DNA of 48,636 bases from an uncultured Clostridia bacterium (GTDB lineage Bacteria; Bacillota; Clostridia; Oscillospirales; Acutalibacteraceae): the NCBI GenBank assembly GCA_945980035.1, contig CAMFQG010000001.1:1-48636 (forward strand), in the 5' to 3' direction. Of this stretch, positions 38,972 through 48,535 are shown piece after piece. Within the stretch, counting starts at the first letter, position 1. Every line of letters begins with the position of its first letter. The notes beneath the pieces are model-generated. The model saw only the letters and a list, made by a program, of their open reading frames with translations. It was not told the DNA's origin and made no database searches. The position numbers and the translations under genes are program-made.

Positions 38972-39882
38972 TTTTCTGCACCTCCTACAAGTTTTTTGCC
39001 TGTAACAGCAAGAAAAACATCATCCATTTTGCCCTTGATTATTTCATAATCTTTGAATAAATATGGGTGTGACAGGATTAATTCAGTTGCCTTTTCGGTA
39101 TTGGGAACTGAAATTCTGAAAGCGTCCCTTATGGATTCGTATGGCATTCCAAGCTGTTTGACTGAGCTTTCGTCTATACCGTAAAGGGTGATATAATCCC
39201 CCGCATATTCGTTTTTTAGGGAAAGAGGCGTACCTTTGGCGGCAATTTTTCCGCTGTCAAGAATAACAATATAGTCGGCGTCTGCGGTTTCCTCCATATA
39301 GTGTGTAGTCAAAAATACCGTCATTTGCTTTTCCTTACGGAGGTTGTTTATTACATCCCACAAAAGATTTCTCGTTTGAGGGTCCAGTCCTGTAGTAGGC
39401 TCGTCTAAAATCAGTATTTCCGGCTTGTGCAAAATAGCACGGGCAATATCAATTCGCCTTTTCTGACCGCCGGAAAGCTTATTGAGAGGACGGTTCAGCA
39501 AATCGGAAAAATCCAAAAGCTGTGCAAGCTCATTGAGCCTTTTTTCAAAAGCTTTGCCCTTAATGCCGTAAAGAGAAGCTCGACTGCGCAGATTATCACG
39601 TACAGAAAGAGGTACGTCAAGGACAGAATTCTGAAAAACTACTCCGATTTTTCTGCTGATTTTCTCAAAATTTCGCTCTACGTTCTCTCCGCAAACCAAA
39701 ATGTTACCGCTGTCCTTTTTTAGCTGTCCGCAGAGCATAGAAATAGTTGTGGATTTTCCTGCACCGTTAACGCCTAAAAAGGCAAACAGCTCACCGCGTT
39801 TTACGATAAACGATAAATCCTGAACAGCCTTTATATCACCAAAGGACTTGCAAAGGTGTTCAATTTCAATAATGTGTTCCAT
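38968..39882 (-). CDS. ABC-2 type exporter ATPase
   Basis: GVNGAGKST, LSGGQ, LDEPTTGLDP, TTHYMEE motifs; GAAAGGA RBS before ATG 39882. Confidence 0.92.
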   Translation of the reverse strand: MEHIIEIEHLCKSFGDIKAVQDLSFIVKRGELFAFLGVNGAGKSTTISMLCGQLKKDSGNILVCGENVERNFEKISRKIGVVFQNSVLDVPLSVRDNLRSRASLYGIKGKAFEKRLNELAQLLDFSDLLNRPLNKLSGGQKRRIDIARAILHKPEILILDEPTTGLDPQTRNLLWDVINNLRKEKQMTVFLTTHYMEETADADYIVILDSGKIAAKGTPLSLKNEYAGDYITLYGIDESSVKQLGMPYESIRDAFRISVPNTEKATELILSHPYLFKDYEIIKGKMDDVFLAVTGKKLVGGAEK

Positions 39883-39898
39883 TAATAAGTTTCCTTTC

Positions 39899-40582
39899 TT
39901 ACTTTTTTGCCATAACAACGCCGAATTTCAAATTTGAATAAAGGCAGTTTACGTTTTCAAAGCCTGCTGATTTCAGCATAGCTATCTCTTCATTAACGGA
40001 ACATTCCCTGTCTATTGACCTGCCCTTTTGCCAATGCTCAATATCCGAAATTGGAAGTTGGCTGTTCAGCACCGAGTTTTCCCAATATTGATTATACTTC
40101 TCTGTCATTTCCTTTGTGTCGGAATTGAACATATCGTAATTTACAAACACACCGCCCTTTGGCAGCTTATGAAAAATCTTGTTAAACAGGCTTTGCTTTT
40201 CAGCATCGTCAAGGTGATGAATCGAAAGTGCGGAAATAATCACGTCAAAATCGCCCTTAGGCAAGGCTTCGTTATAATTATCGGTTACGTAATCAAAATT
40301 CGTCGCATCATCAAAACGCTCTTTTGCCATATTAAGCATTTCTACGGATATATCGTCAAGAACATAATGGGCATTGGGAAACCCCTTATACCAAAAGGAA
40401 GTCAAAAGCCCTGTACCTGCACCTAAATCCAATACATTACTTGGCTCTTTAATTATGCTTGCAATAAATTTTGTTGTGTTTATGTAATAGTCATCAAAGC
40501 AAGGGATAAAAATTCTCCTCTTACTGTCATAAGCTTTTGCATCGCTGTTGAATTGATTTTTAATTTTAGTTGTATCAATCAT
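39899..40582 (-). CDS. Class I SAM-dependent methyltransferase
   Basis: VLDLGAGTG, FDVIISALSIHHL, LPKGGVFVN motifs. Confidence 0.9.
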   Translation of the reverse strand: MIDTTKIKNQFNSDAKAYDSKRRIFIPCFDDYYINTTKFIASIIKEPSNVLDLGAGTGLLTSFWYKGFPNAHYVLDDISVEMLNMAKERFDDATNFDYVTDNYNEALPKGDFDVIISALSIHHLDDAEKQSLFNKIFHKLPKGGVFVNYDMFNSDTKEMTEKYNQYWENSVLNSQLPISDIEHWQKGRSIDRECSVNEEIAMLKSAGFENVNCLYSNLKFGVVMAKK

Positions 40583-40600
40583 AATTTATCACATCCATTT

Positions 40601-41386
40601 TTATCCAATATCCTTTTTACGGTACTTTATAAAGGCAACCACAATGCCTGCTGCCATAAGACCAATACCTACGGCAACGTACTTCATTTCAATAGCGCTG
40701 TTTGAAATAATTTCTGCACCCTCAGTATAGCCGAAAGGTGTAATGTATTTCAGGAATTTTGCGTCCTCCGTCAGGTTGGAAACAATATTCAGGAAATACA
40801 GTAAGATTGCAATACCCAAACCAATGCCAAGTCCGTTTCCTTTTATAAATGCGGAAATACCGAAAGTGATTGAAGCCACCTCTATCTGCATTATAAAGTA
40901 GGAGAGAAACAGCAGAAACATAATTTCTGCGTCTGCACTTTCGCCCACAGCGAGCATTGAAATAACCGTCACAAGAGCCGAAATAAGATTTAAAATAATA
41001 ATCTGCACAAAAACCGCAAGGAGCTTTTCTATAAGCACTCTTTCCCTTGAAACAGGGTGAGTTAAGAGGAATTCGGCTGTATGCTCTTTTTCCTCTTTTG
41101 CAAGGGCGGAAATTCCCACAATAGAGGCAAACAACGCACCCCCAAGTCCCATAATTTCTCCGCATTCTACACCGAAAAAGCCGATAAATGTGCCAAAATT
41201 AATTTTGTCCATACCAAAGGCTGCGGAAAAAGAGCCCATATCTGCAAACATTGTGGATATATCGTCCATCTGGGATTTCATTTCAGGATAAATAAACACA
41301 CATAATGCAAGCATAAAAGCAATAGCGCAGGACCAAATCAATAGAGAAATTTTGCTTCTCTTAAGTTCGTGTAAAAAGATTGTCAT
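40601..41386 (-). CDS. ABC-2 type permease
   Basis: KEEKEHTAEFLLTHPVSR motif; GGAGG RBS before ATG 41386. Confidence 0.87.
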   Translation of the reverse strand: MTIFLHELKRSKISLLIWSCAIAFMLALCVFIYPEMKSQMDDISTMFADMGSFSAAFGMDKINFGTFIGFFGVECGEIMGLGGALFASIVGISALAKEEKEHTAEFLLTHPVSRERVLIEKLLAVFVQIIILNLISALVTVISMLAVGESADAEIMFLLFLSYFIMQIEVASITFGISAFIKGNGLGIGLGIAILLYFLNIVSNLTEDAKFLKYITPFGYTEGAEIISNSAIEMKYVAVGIGLMAAGIVVAFIKYRKKDIG

Positions 41387-41387
41387 T

Positions 41388-42263
41388 TCAGTTATCCTCC
41401 TTTCCGTAGTAGTGCATAAACACTTCATCCAAATCCGGATCGGTAACGGTAAAATCCGTAAAAGCAATATTTGTAAGATGTGACAGCAAATTTTTTGGAT
41501 TTCCGCTATAAAGGAAACTAACAGAGTCTTTTTCATGTGTCACATTTTTTACACCGTCAATTTGAGGAATATCCTCTGCACCCTGCAAGGTTACTCGCTT
41601 TACACCGGTATGACCTAACTTTTCCACGCTGTCCGATACGAGTATTTCACCGTCACGGATAATTGCTGCATGTTTGCAATAACGACCTATTTCCGACAGA
41701 ACGTGTGAGGACAGAAATACTGTTGCACCCTCTTTGTTTCTTTCCGTCAGCAATTCATAAAACTCCCTTTGCATTAACGGGTCCAATCCGCTTGTAGGTT
41801 CATCTAAAATATAGAGCTTAGGCTTGTGCTGCAGAGCACATACAATGCCTACCTTTTTACGGTTTCCCAAGGACAGCTCATCTACACGGCGGGATGTATC
41901 CAACTCAAGCCTTTCACATAGCTTTTTCGCCTCGTCTTTGCAATCGGTTTTGTGGAGCTTAGCGGAGTAGGTAAGAATATCACCAACACGCATACCGTTG
42001 TAAAATACCGCCTCACTGGGCAGATAACCGACCTGTGACAATATTTCAATGCGGTCCTTCACAATGTCTTTACCAAGCACCTGACCGCTACCCTTTGTAG
42101 GGGAAATCAAGCCTAAAAGTGTGCGAATAGTTGTAGATTTTCCTGCACCGTTTGGCCCTATAAAGCCGAAAAAGTCCCCCTCATCCAGGGATAGATTCAC
42201 GTGGGTAATTCCTCGACTTTTTCCGTAAAATTTTGTTAAATTTTCTGTTTTAATTGCTTTCAT
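41388..42263 (-). CDS. ABC ATPase
   Basis: GPNGAGKST, LSLGN, LDEPTSGLDP, SSHVLSE motifs. Confidence 0.92.
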   Translation of the reverse strand: MKAIKTENLTKFYGKSRGITHVNLSLDEGDFFGFIGPNGAGKSTTIRTLLGLISPTKGSGQVLGKDIVKDRIEILSQVGYLPSEAVFYNGMRVGDILTYSAKLHKTDCKDEAKKLCERLELDTSRRVDELSLGNRKKVGIVCALQHKPKLYILDEPTSGLDPLMQREFYELLTERNKEGATVFLSSHVLSEIGRYCKHAAIIRDGEILVSDSVEKLGHTGVKRVTLQGAEDIPQIDGVKNVTHEKDSVSFLYSGNPKNLLSHLTNIAFTDFTVTDPDLDEVFMHYYGKEDN

Positions 42264-42299
42264 TTTAAAGCCTCCAAAATATGGTTACTGTCGGTATTT

Positions 42300-43019
42300 T
42301 TAACGCTCACTTTTCCAAGGTCGTGCCTTTTTATGCCAACCCTTGTTCTCCCAGTAGGTATAGTCAGGTTCCATAGGCGGGAAATGTTTATGGGCGAATC
42401 TCATAAGGTGGAACCACTTTTTACCTCGTCTGTTCATTTTTTGTTTGCCGGCATTTCTGCATACAGTATCTGATAATCTATCTGTCTTTTTATGTATTTT
42501 CTTTAGGATTCTTTTGGGGATTTCCTTGGGGTTTACAGCCTGAACGCCTACACCGTATTTATACACCTTGCCAACTCCCCACATTTCCAGGCTGTCAGCC
42601 ATATCCTTTACAGTGCTTTTCATACCGCCGCCGGCTGCTGTGGAAATTGCAACTGCCTGTTTACTACACATTTCAGCCTTTGGTCTGTGTACTATCCACC
42701 ATGTTCCGAAGTGGTCAAGAAAGCTCATCATCTGTCCTGTAGCGTGATATACATACACAGGGCTTTCCAAAATAATCAAATCAGCCTCAATCAACCCAGT
42801 AGCCAAAGGCTCAAGTTTTGGGTAATGAGGGCACTTTGTCAAATCATTATTAAAGCAGGTATAACAGCCTAAACAAGGCTCGTCAAAATCCTTTGGCAGA
42901 AAAAACTCCTTAATTTCCGATTGTCCCTGTGCTTTATCCTTAATCTTATCCGCAAGCTCCTGTGCAATCATACAGGTGCTGCCCTTGTGGTTTTGTCCGT
43001 GAATTATTACTATTTTCAT
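42300..43019 (-). CDS. Flavodoxin-family (iron-sulfur flavoprotein-like) NAD(P)H oxidoreductase
   Basis: MKIVIIHG, CLGCYTC.....KC, ADLIILESPVY motifs. Confidence 0.85.
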   Translation of the reverse strand: MKIVIIHGQNHKGSTCMIAQELADKIKDKAQGQSEIKEFFLPKDFDEPCLGCYTCFNNDLTKCPHYPKLEPLATGLIEADLIILESPVYVYHATGQMMSFLDHFGTWWIVHRPKAEMCSKQAVAISTAAGGGMKSTVKDMADSLEMWGVGKVYKYGVGVQAVNPKEIPKRILKKIHKKTDRLSDTVCRNAGKQKMNRRGKKWFHLMRFAHKHFPPMEPDYTYWENKGWHKKARPWKSER

Positions 43020-43603
43020 CTGTTACTGTACTCCTTCAAAAACTGATTGATGTGTTCTTTGATTTTATCCATAATTTCCGACTCCTTGCTTGGCTCTCGG
43101 TCACAATAGTGAATCAGCACCGTAATAGGTGCGGTAAACTGAAAAGCAAGAATTTTGCAATCGGTGGGTTTTAATATGCCCTTTTCCGTCATTCCCTGAA
43201 ATATTTTTGTAAACCGTGTTTCAATATCCGTAATAAAATGCTTTGTTGCAAGAGCCGACATTCTCTCGTTGCGAAACTGCTCTATTGTAAGCAGTCTGCG
43301 GACACGCTTGACGGTTTCATCGTGGAGGGTGAAATTAATCTGCCTTAAAGAAATTTCCCTGAATTCCTCCCAATTTTTCGGAATTTTAATATTGGAAACT
43401 TCGCCGATATGCCTGTTGTAATACTCCTCAACATAATCAATCATTGTATTCCAAAGGGCTTCCTTGCTTTCGTAATGCTTGTATAATGCCGCCTTTGTAA
43501 TTCCCAAGGAATCGGAAATATCACGTAGCAAAGCACCCTCGTAACCCTTTTGTGAAAAGACCGTTAAGGCGGCGTTTATTATATCTTTTTTGGTGGTTTT
43601 CAT
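43016..43603 (-). CDS. TetR/AcrR family regulator
   Basis: IINAALTVFSQKGY...RDISDSLGITKAALYKHYESKE. Confidence 0.93.
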   Translation of the reverse strand: MKTTKKDIINAALTVFSQKGYEGALLRDISDSLGITKAALYKHYESKEALWNTMIDYVEEYYNRHIGEVSNIKIPKNWEEFREISLRQINFTLHDETVKRVRRLLTIEQFRNERMSALATKHFITDIETRFTKIFQGMTEKGILKPTDCKILAFQFTAPITVLIHYCDREPSKESEIMDKIKEHINQFLKEYSNR

Positions 43604-43623
43604 TTATTTTACCTCTTAATTAT

Positions 43624-43676
43624 AAAAGTTACCTGTAAGTTACTTTTATTATAGTAACCCACAGGTAACTTGTCAA
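43624..43676 (-). promoter_or_regulatory. Promoter with a paired TetR-type operator
   Basis: Minus strand TTGACA-N17-TATAAT (43676-43648). AGTTACCTGT(AA/GG)GTTACT is present twice in inverted orientation, one copy filling the spacer. Confidence 0.7.
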
Positions 43677-43777
43677 GTGATTTTAAAAATATTTTGTATA
43701 TCAAATAAAGTTAATATTTCTATAACAAAAAGCCTGTAAATTCAAGTCGAACTCACAGGCTTATTATTAAGTTTAAA

Positions 43778-44500
43778 TCATTTTCCATTATTTGCCCTGT
43801 AATTTATGTTTGCAAGTCTTGCCTGTTTACACAAATCGCCGTACCGGAGTTTGTAGGTTTTTCCGTCCTTTACAAAGTTTGTGGCGCACTGCCTGAAGTC
43901 AAAATCCACGTTTTTTCTAATGCACTGCTCTCTGATATTCAGCACCCAATCATAATACAGGGGGCGACTGTTTGTATCGTATTCTCCGCCAACTGTCACA
44001 CTTTCGATACCCTCTAAATATTCCTCTATTTGGATATTTTCAATCAAAGGCTGGGCGGTTATCAGCTTGTGTTTGATAGGTAAATCCTTAAATATTGACA
44101 ACCTTTTATCGGCTGTTTCCTGATTTTCAATGGTGCAGCCTACCGATACATTATCGTAGCCGTCGCCCCAATCCTTTGGAATACAGTCCGTAAATCTGCA
44201 AATCCGCTTTGTCAAAAAAAGAAAGTGACAATCGGACCTTTCTTTAATCATTTTCCAGCACTCATCCCGCCAACAGTCTGCATCCTCAATCAAAAAGTCA
44301 GTTGAAAAGCAAAGGTAAACTAAACCGGATTTCATTTTGTAATTGCCGTTTTTCAGCCTTTCCACAGGCTTTGTAAAATCCTTTGTCTTTACTATATCCG
44401 CAGTGTTAACTCCTCTTTTAATATCACCCTTGTGAATATAACAAAACCGACAGCCCTCGCTGAATTTTTTGCAACCACGCCAAGGATTCCACATTGCCAT
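43778..44500 (-). CDS. DUF5131 (phage Gp37/Gp68-like) protein with a Cx6Cx2C motif
   Basis: WNPWRGCKKFSEGCRFCY, FLFLTKR, GCTIENQ, VGGE motifs. Confidence 0.85.
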   Translation of the reverse strand: MAMWNPWRGCKKFSEGCRFCYIHKGDIKRGVNTADIVKTKDFTKPVERLKNGNYKMKSGLVYLCFSTDFLIEDADCWRDECWKMIKERSDCHFLFLTKRICRFTDCIPKDWGDGYDNVSVGCTIENQETADKRLSIFKDLPIKHKLITAQPLIENIQIEEYLEGIESVTVGGEYDTNSRPLYYDWVLNIREQCIRKNVDFDFRQCATNFVKDGKTYKLRYGDLCKQARLANINYRANNGK

Positions 44501-44519
44501 ATTTATCACCGATACTAAA

Positions 44520-44548
44520 AATCCGCTGATTTTAGGTCAGCGGATTTA
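44520..44548. terminator. Terminator hairpin after the lipoprotein gene
   Basis: AATCCGCTGA-ttttagg-TCAGCGGATT. Confidence 0.6.
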
Positions 44549-44552
44549 TCTC

Positions 44553-44960
44553 TTATTTTACTTTTTCTGCTCTCATATCCATAAAGTCTGTGTAACAAGA
44601 GGACAGCTCCTCATAGTCCTCAACATTGTACTTTATACCGTACACATACAGTTTTTTGTTCTTATCGTCCTTATACTGCCACATACCTGTCCAAAGAACA
44701 GCGTCCTTCTTATCGTTGTCCACAACCGTAATATGACTGCCCTCAAAATTTACGGTTACGTTATATTCCATTGTATCAAAGGAATATATGCCCTTGCAGT
44801 CCTTTGTTGTGTCAAAACTGAAACTGTAATCGTATGTAGTCCATTTTACATTTTTTACATCCTTGGGAGAAGTTTGGTTGCTGACGGCGGAATTTCCGCA
44901 TCCAAATAGAAGTCCGCAACACAAAATAACAGAAAGTACTAAAGCGGTTATTTTTTTCAT
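44553..44960 (-). CDS. Hypothetical lipoprotein
   Basis: Signal peptide with lipobox LFGC; AGGGGG RBS. Confidence 0.7.
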   Translation of the reverse strand: MKKITALVLSVILCCGLLFGCGNSAVSNQTSPKDVKNVKWTTYDYSFSFDTTKDCKGIYSFDTMEYNVTVNFEGSHITVVDNDKKDAVLWTGMWQYKDDKNKKLYVYGIKYNVEDYEELSSCYTDFMDMRAEKVK

Positions 44961-45066
44961 AGTTCTGCCCCCTGTTTTGCTTTTTAATAATTATACTACT
45001 TATTACAGAAATTTACAACAAAAATTACAGAAAAACATTTACTTTTATATAAATAATTATACAATC

Positions 45067-45101
45067 AAAAAAACAACCCTCTGCATAAAACAGAGGGCTG
45101 T
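45067..45101 (-). terminator. Terminator of the sugar ABC operon
   Basis: ACAaCCCTCTG...CAGAGGGcTGT stem with a T tract on the minus strand. Confidence 0.65.
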
Positions 45102-45115
45102 GAAATTTAAACTGA

Positions 45116-45967
45116 TTATCCCTTAACTGCGCCTGCTACAACACCTTCAATAATGTGTTTCTGACAAGCAAAGTAGAATATTACAATAGGAATAATACTT
45201 AATACAATCAGAGCCATAATAGCGCCGATGTCGGTTTGTCCGTAGCTACCGTTTAGGTACTGGATATGAATAGGAATTGTCCTGAATTTCTTAATATCCA
45301 ATACAAGATATGGGAGCAGGTAGTCATTCCAAATCCACATTGTTTCCAAGATACCTACAGAAATAAATGTAGGTTTCATAATGGGAAGTACAACGCCGAA
45401 GAATGTTCTCAAAGGACCTGCGCCGTCAATACCTGCGGCTTCCTCAATCTCGATTGGGATTGACTTAACAAAGCCGGTGAACATAAATATCGCCAGACCT
45501 GCGCCAAATCCCAGATATACTATCAATATACCCCAAGGTGTGTTGAGTTTCAGAGTATCTGCTGTTTTTGACAATGTGTACATTACCATCTGGAAAGGTA
45601 CAACCATTGAGAATACACAGAAGTAATATACTATTTTACAGAATACGCTGTTTACTCTTGAAATATACCATGCCGACATTGAAGTACAGAACAAAATCAG
45701 GAACACGCCGCCTACAGTTATAAACAAACTACAAGCAACTGAAATCCAAAACGGGAAGTTACCAAAGGTCATACCCTCGATATAGTTCTTGAACCCATAA
45801 AAACTGTCAGCATTTGGGAATGAAAACGGACTTGCACTGATTGCAGTTTTACTCTTGAAAGAGTTAATTAAAATGATGATAATCGGCATTACATATACAA
45901 CCGAAACTACAGACAGAAAAACTGTCAGAAAAATCTTGCCGGGAGTATTCTTATTCTTTCTATCCAT
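45116..45967 (-). CDS. Carbohydrate ABC permease (MsmG/AmyC-like)
   Basis: IPIEIEEAAGIDGA EAA loop; WIWNDYLLP; GAVKG C-terminus. Confidence 0.93.
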   Translation of the reverse strand: MDRKNKNTPGKIFLTVFLSVVSVVYVMPIIIILINSFKSKTAISASPFSFPNADSFYGFKNYIEGMTFGNFPFWISVACSLFITVGGVFLILFCTSMSAWYISRVNSVFCKIVYYFCVFSMVVPFQMVMYTLSKTADTLKLNTPWGILIVYLGFGAGLAIFMFTGFVKSIPIEIEEAAGIDGAGPLRTFFGVVLPIMKPTFISVGILETMWIWNDYLLPYLVLDIKKFRTIPIHIQYLNGSYGQTDIGAIMALIVLSIIPIVIFYFACQKHIIEGVVAGAVKG

Positions 45968-46839
45968 TATTGTTGCACCTCTCTACGTCTTGTAAAGTAA
46001 AGTTGCGTTAGTGAAATTGCAACAACAATTACAAAGAATATTACAGCCTCGGCCTGACCTACACCTCTTGAATTTCCGTTAGCATAGAACGTGTTGTAAA
46101 TGTTCAGTGCCATCATCTGCGTCTGATAAATCGAAGTACCATCTGCTGCGACAGTAGTTGGTAAACCACCTGTCAATGCCAAGTTCTGGTCAAAGAGCTT
46201 GAATGAATTTGTCAGTGTAAGGAAAGTACAGATTGTGATGGAAGGAGCCATCATAGGAATGGTAACTCTGCCCAAAATCTGACTTTTTGTTGCACCGTCA
46301 ATTCTTGCTGCCTCGTACAGATCGCCGGGAACACTTTGGAAACCTGCTATATAGATAATCATCATATAACCTGCCTGTTGCCAGCACATCAAAATTACAA
46401 GGCCCCAGAAACCAAATGTAGCATTAGATACTATTGTTTCACCAAAGTTTACAAGAATACCGTTGAATATTAATTGCCAAATATATCCTAAAATAATGCC
46501 ACCGATTAGGTTTGGTACAAAGAACACTGTTCTGAAAATATTAGCACCCTTGATTCCCATAGTCAGAGCATATGCCACGAAAAATGCTATAATGTTAATC
46601 AACACTACATTTACAATAACAAATGCTACCGTAAACCAGAATGAATGTAAAAACGACTCGTCTTGGAAGGCTTCGATATAGTTACTAAAGCCTACAAACT
46701 GTGCGTCGCTGGTAGTGATAAATTTACAGAACGACAGATAAATTCCTTGGAAGAACGGATATACAAATCCAATTATGAATGCCAAAAGTGTAGGTAGCAA
46801 GAATATTAAAAAATATTGTTTTTTCTTTTTTAACATCAC
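45967..46839 (-). CDS. Carbohydrate ABC permease (MsmF/AmyD-like)
   Basis: FRTVFFVP, YEAARIDGA, SFKLFD motifs. Confidence 0.93.
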   Translation of the reverse strand: MMLKKKKQYFLIFLLPTLLAFIIGFVYPFFQGIYLSFCKFITTSDAQFVGFSNYIEAFQDESFLHSFWFTVAFVIVNVVLINIIAFFVAYALTMGIKGANIFRTVFFVPNLIGGIILGYIWQLIFNGILVNFGETIVSNATFGFWGLVILMCWQQAGYMMIIYIAGFQSVPGDLYEAARIDGATKSQILGRVTIPMMAPSITICTFLTLTNSFKLFDQNLALTGGLPTTVAADGTSIYQTQMMALNIYNTFYANGNSRGVGQAEAVIFFVIVVAISLTQLYFTRRREVQQ

Positions 46840-46867
46840 GGTACCTCCAAACTTTATTTGTTAAGAA

Positions 46868-48181
46868 TTATTTTGCTTTAGCTACTTCTTTTGCCCAGCC
46901 GTCAACGAATGCTGTAACAACGTCTTTCCACTCGCCCTTGCCTGCTGAATACTGTGTCAAAGCAGCGCCAACGCCGTTTTTCCAGTCTTCGCTTGGCATT
47001 GTTGTGAAGTTCCAAGATACAGGAGTTTTGCCTGCTTCAACATACTCGTTAGCAGCAACAACAAGAGGATTCTGAGCCTCTTTAGCAGCCTTGAAAGGAA
47101 TTACAAAGCCCATATCGTCAGCAAGAGCTGTTGTACCTGTTTCGCTTGTTACGCACCAGTTCATAAAGTCAAGAGTAGCCTTGATGTCAGCTTCGCTTGC
47201 TTTGCTGTTTACGCACCAGTAGTTCTCTGAGCCTGTGCATACGCCCTGCTCTTCTTCGCCTTCAACGCCGATGTAGATAGGTAATAGACCGAACTCTTCG
47301 TCCTTTAAGCCTTCGCCGTCTTTAGCCTTACAGCCGTCATATTCCCAAGTACCGTTCTGGAAGAATACAGCCTTACCTGTTTTAAACTCTGTTTCAGCGT
47401 CTGTACCTGTCTTGTTAGCAAGTTGTTTCTTGTCACAAGTAGCGTTATCTGTGTATAGATCCCAGATAGCCTTGTAGTTGTCAAGGTATGTGCCTTTGAT
47501 AGCGTCAGTCTTTGTGATGCCGTCAGCCTTGTACTCATAGTAGATAGGTAGGTTAGCTAAGTGAGTCTTAAATCTCCAGTCGGAAGAAGCGTCCATACCT
47601 GCAGATGTGAACGCACCGTCAACACCTAAATCCTCTTTGTTAGCCTGAATTTCCTCAGCAACTGTCTTTAGAGCGTCAAAGTTGTTTAAATCGTCGATTG
47701 ACTTAACTGTTGCCCAATCAGCCTTGAAGTATTCATCAAGTAATGTCTTGTTGTAGATGATACCGTATGACTCAACAACATAAGCGATGCCCGGTACAGA
47801 ACCGTCTTCGTTCTTTAGTGCAAAGTCCTCGTTAGTTAACTGACCGTAAACATCAGAACCTGATAGGTCATAGCAATAATCCTTCCAGTTAGCAAGACCA
47901 ACAGGGCCGTTAACCTGGAATAATGTAGGAGCGTCGCTCTTATCCATTTCAGAAGTAAGAGTCTTTTCGTAAGTACCCTCAGCGGCTGTTACAACAGTAA
48001 CGTCAACGCCTGTCTCCTCTGTGTACTTCTCGGCTAATTTCTGCCAAGCCTCATCCTGCTCAGGCTTAAAGTTTAGATAGTAAACTTTGCCTGCTTCTTC
48101 AGCCGGCTGGCAGCCTGCAAGTGCAGAAGCAGCCATTAGACCTGCCATGCTTAAAGCAATGATTTTAGAAAACTTTTTCAT
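46868..48181 (-). CDS. Carbohydrate ABC substrate-binding lipoprotein
   Basis: Lipobox LAGC; VYYLNFKPE, FFQNGTW motifs; AAAAGGAG RBS. Confidence 0.9.
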   Translation of the reverse strand: MKKFSKIIALSMAGLMAASALAGCQPAEEAGKVYYLNFKPEQDEAWQKLAEKYTEETGVDVTVVTAAEGTYEKTLTSEMDKSDAPTLFQVNGPVGLANWKDYCYDLSGSDVYGQLTNEDFALKNEDGSVPGIAYVVESYGIIYNKTLLDEYFKADWATVKSIDDLNNFDALKTVAEEIQANKEDLGVDGAFTSAGMDASSDWRFKTHLANLPIYYEYKADGITKTDAIKGTYLDNYKAIWDLYTDNATCDKKQLANKTGTDAETEFKTGKAVFFQNGTWEYDGCKAKDGEGLKDEEFGLLPIYIGVEGEEEQGVCTGSENYWCVNSKASEADIKATLDFMNWCVTSETGTTALADDMGFVIPFKAAKEAQNPLVVAANEYVEAGKTPVSWNFTTMPSEDWKNGVGAALTQYSAGKGEWKDVVTAFVDGWAKEVAKAK

Positions 48182-48506
48182 AATAATAAATCTCCTTTTC
48201 TTTATTTTTGATTTTCTAAATCTTCACATAAGGATTTTCAAAAGTTATTATAGACATAACTTTTCCTTTTATGCTCGAGTAAATTATAGCACGTTGTTAA
48301 AGTATTTTAAATAGATTTTACATTTTTGCAGTGCCAAAAAAACGGGTGAAATATTGTGTATAATGCACAAAAAATAGTTACAAATTTATAATAATATACA
48401 TATTTTGTTATATTTTTACATAATTTTCCCTATTTGGTATAACTTGTATTATTGCTTTAAAACTTTAAAGCGATACACTCAAAAAGCGTTTTATATGAAA
48501 ATTTGC

Positions 48507-48534
48507 AAAAAAAGGGGACTGAAAAACAGCCCCT
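48507..48534 (-). terminator. Terminator for a minus-strand transcript entering from the right
   Basis: Minus strand AGGGGCTG-ttttt-CAGTCCCC-TTTTTTT. Confidence 0.6.
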
Positions 48535-48535
48535 A

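Noticed and set aside
43778-44960. Prophage remnant around the Gp37/Gp68-like gene
   Set aside because: No integrase, structural or replication genes and no att-like repeats seen.
48460-48506. LacI/CcpA-like operator (AAAAGCGTTTT) upstream of the sugar ABC operon
   Set aside because: Weak palindrome in AT-rich DNA, about 300 bp from the start codon, with no regulator in the window; cannot be supported.
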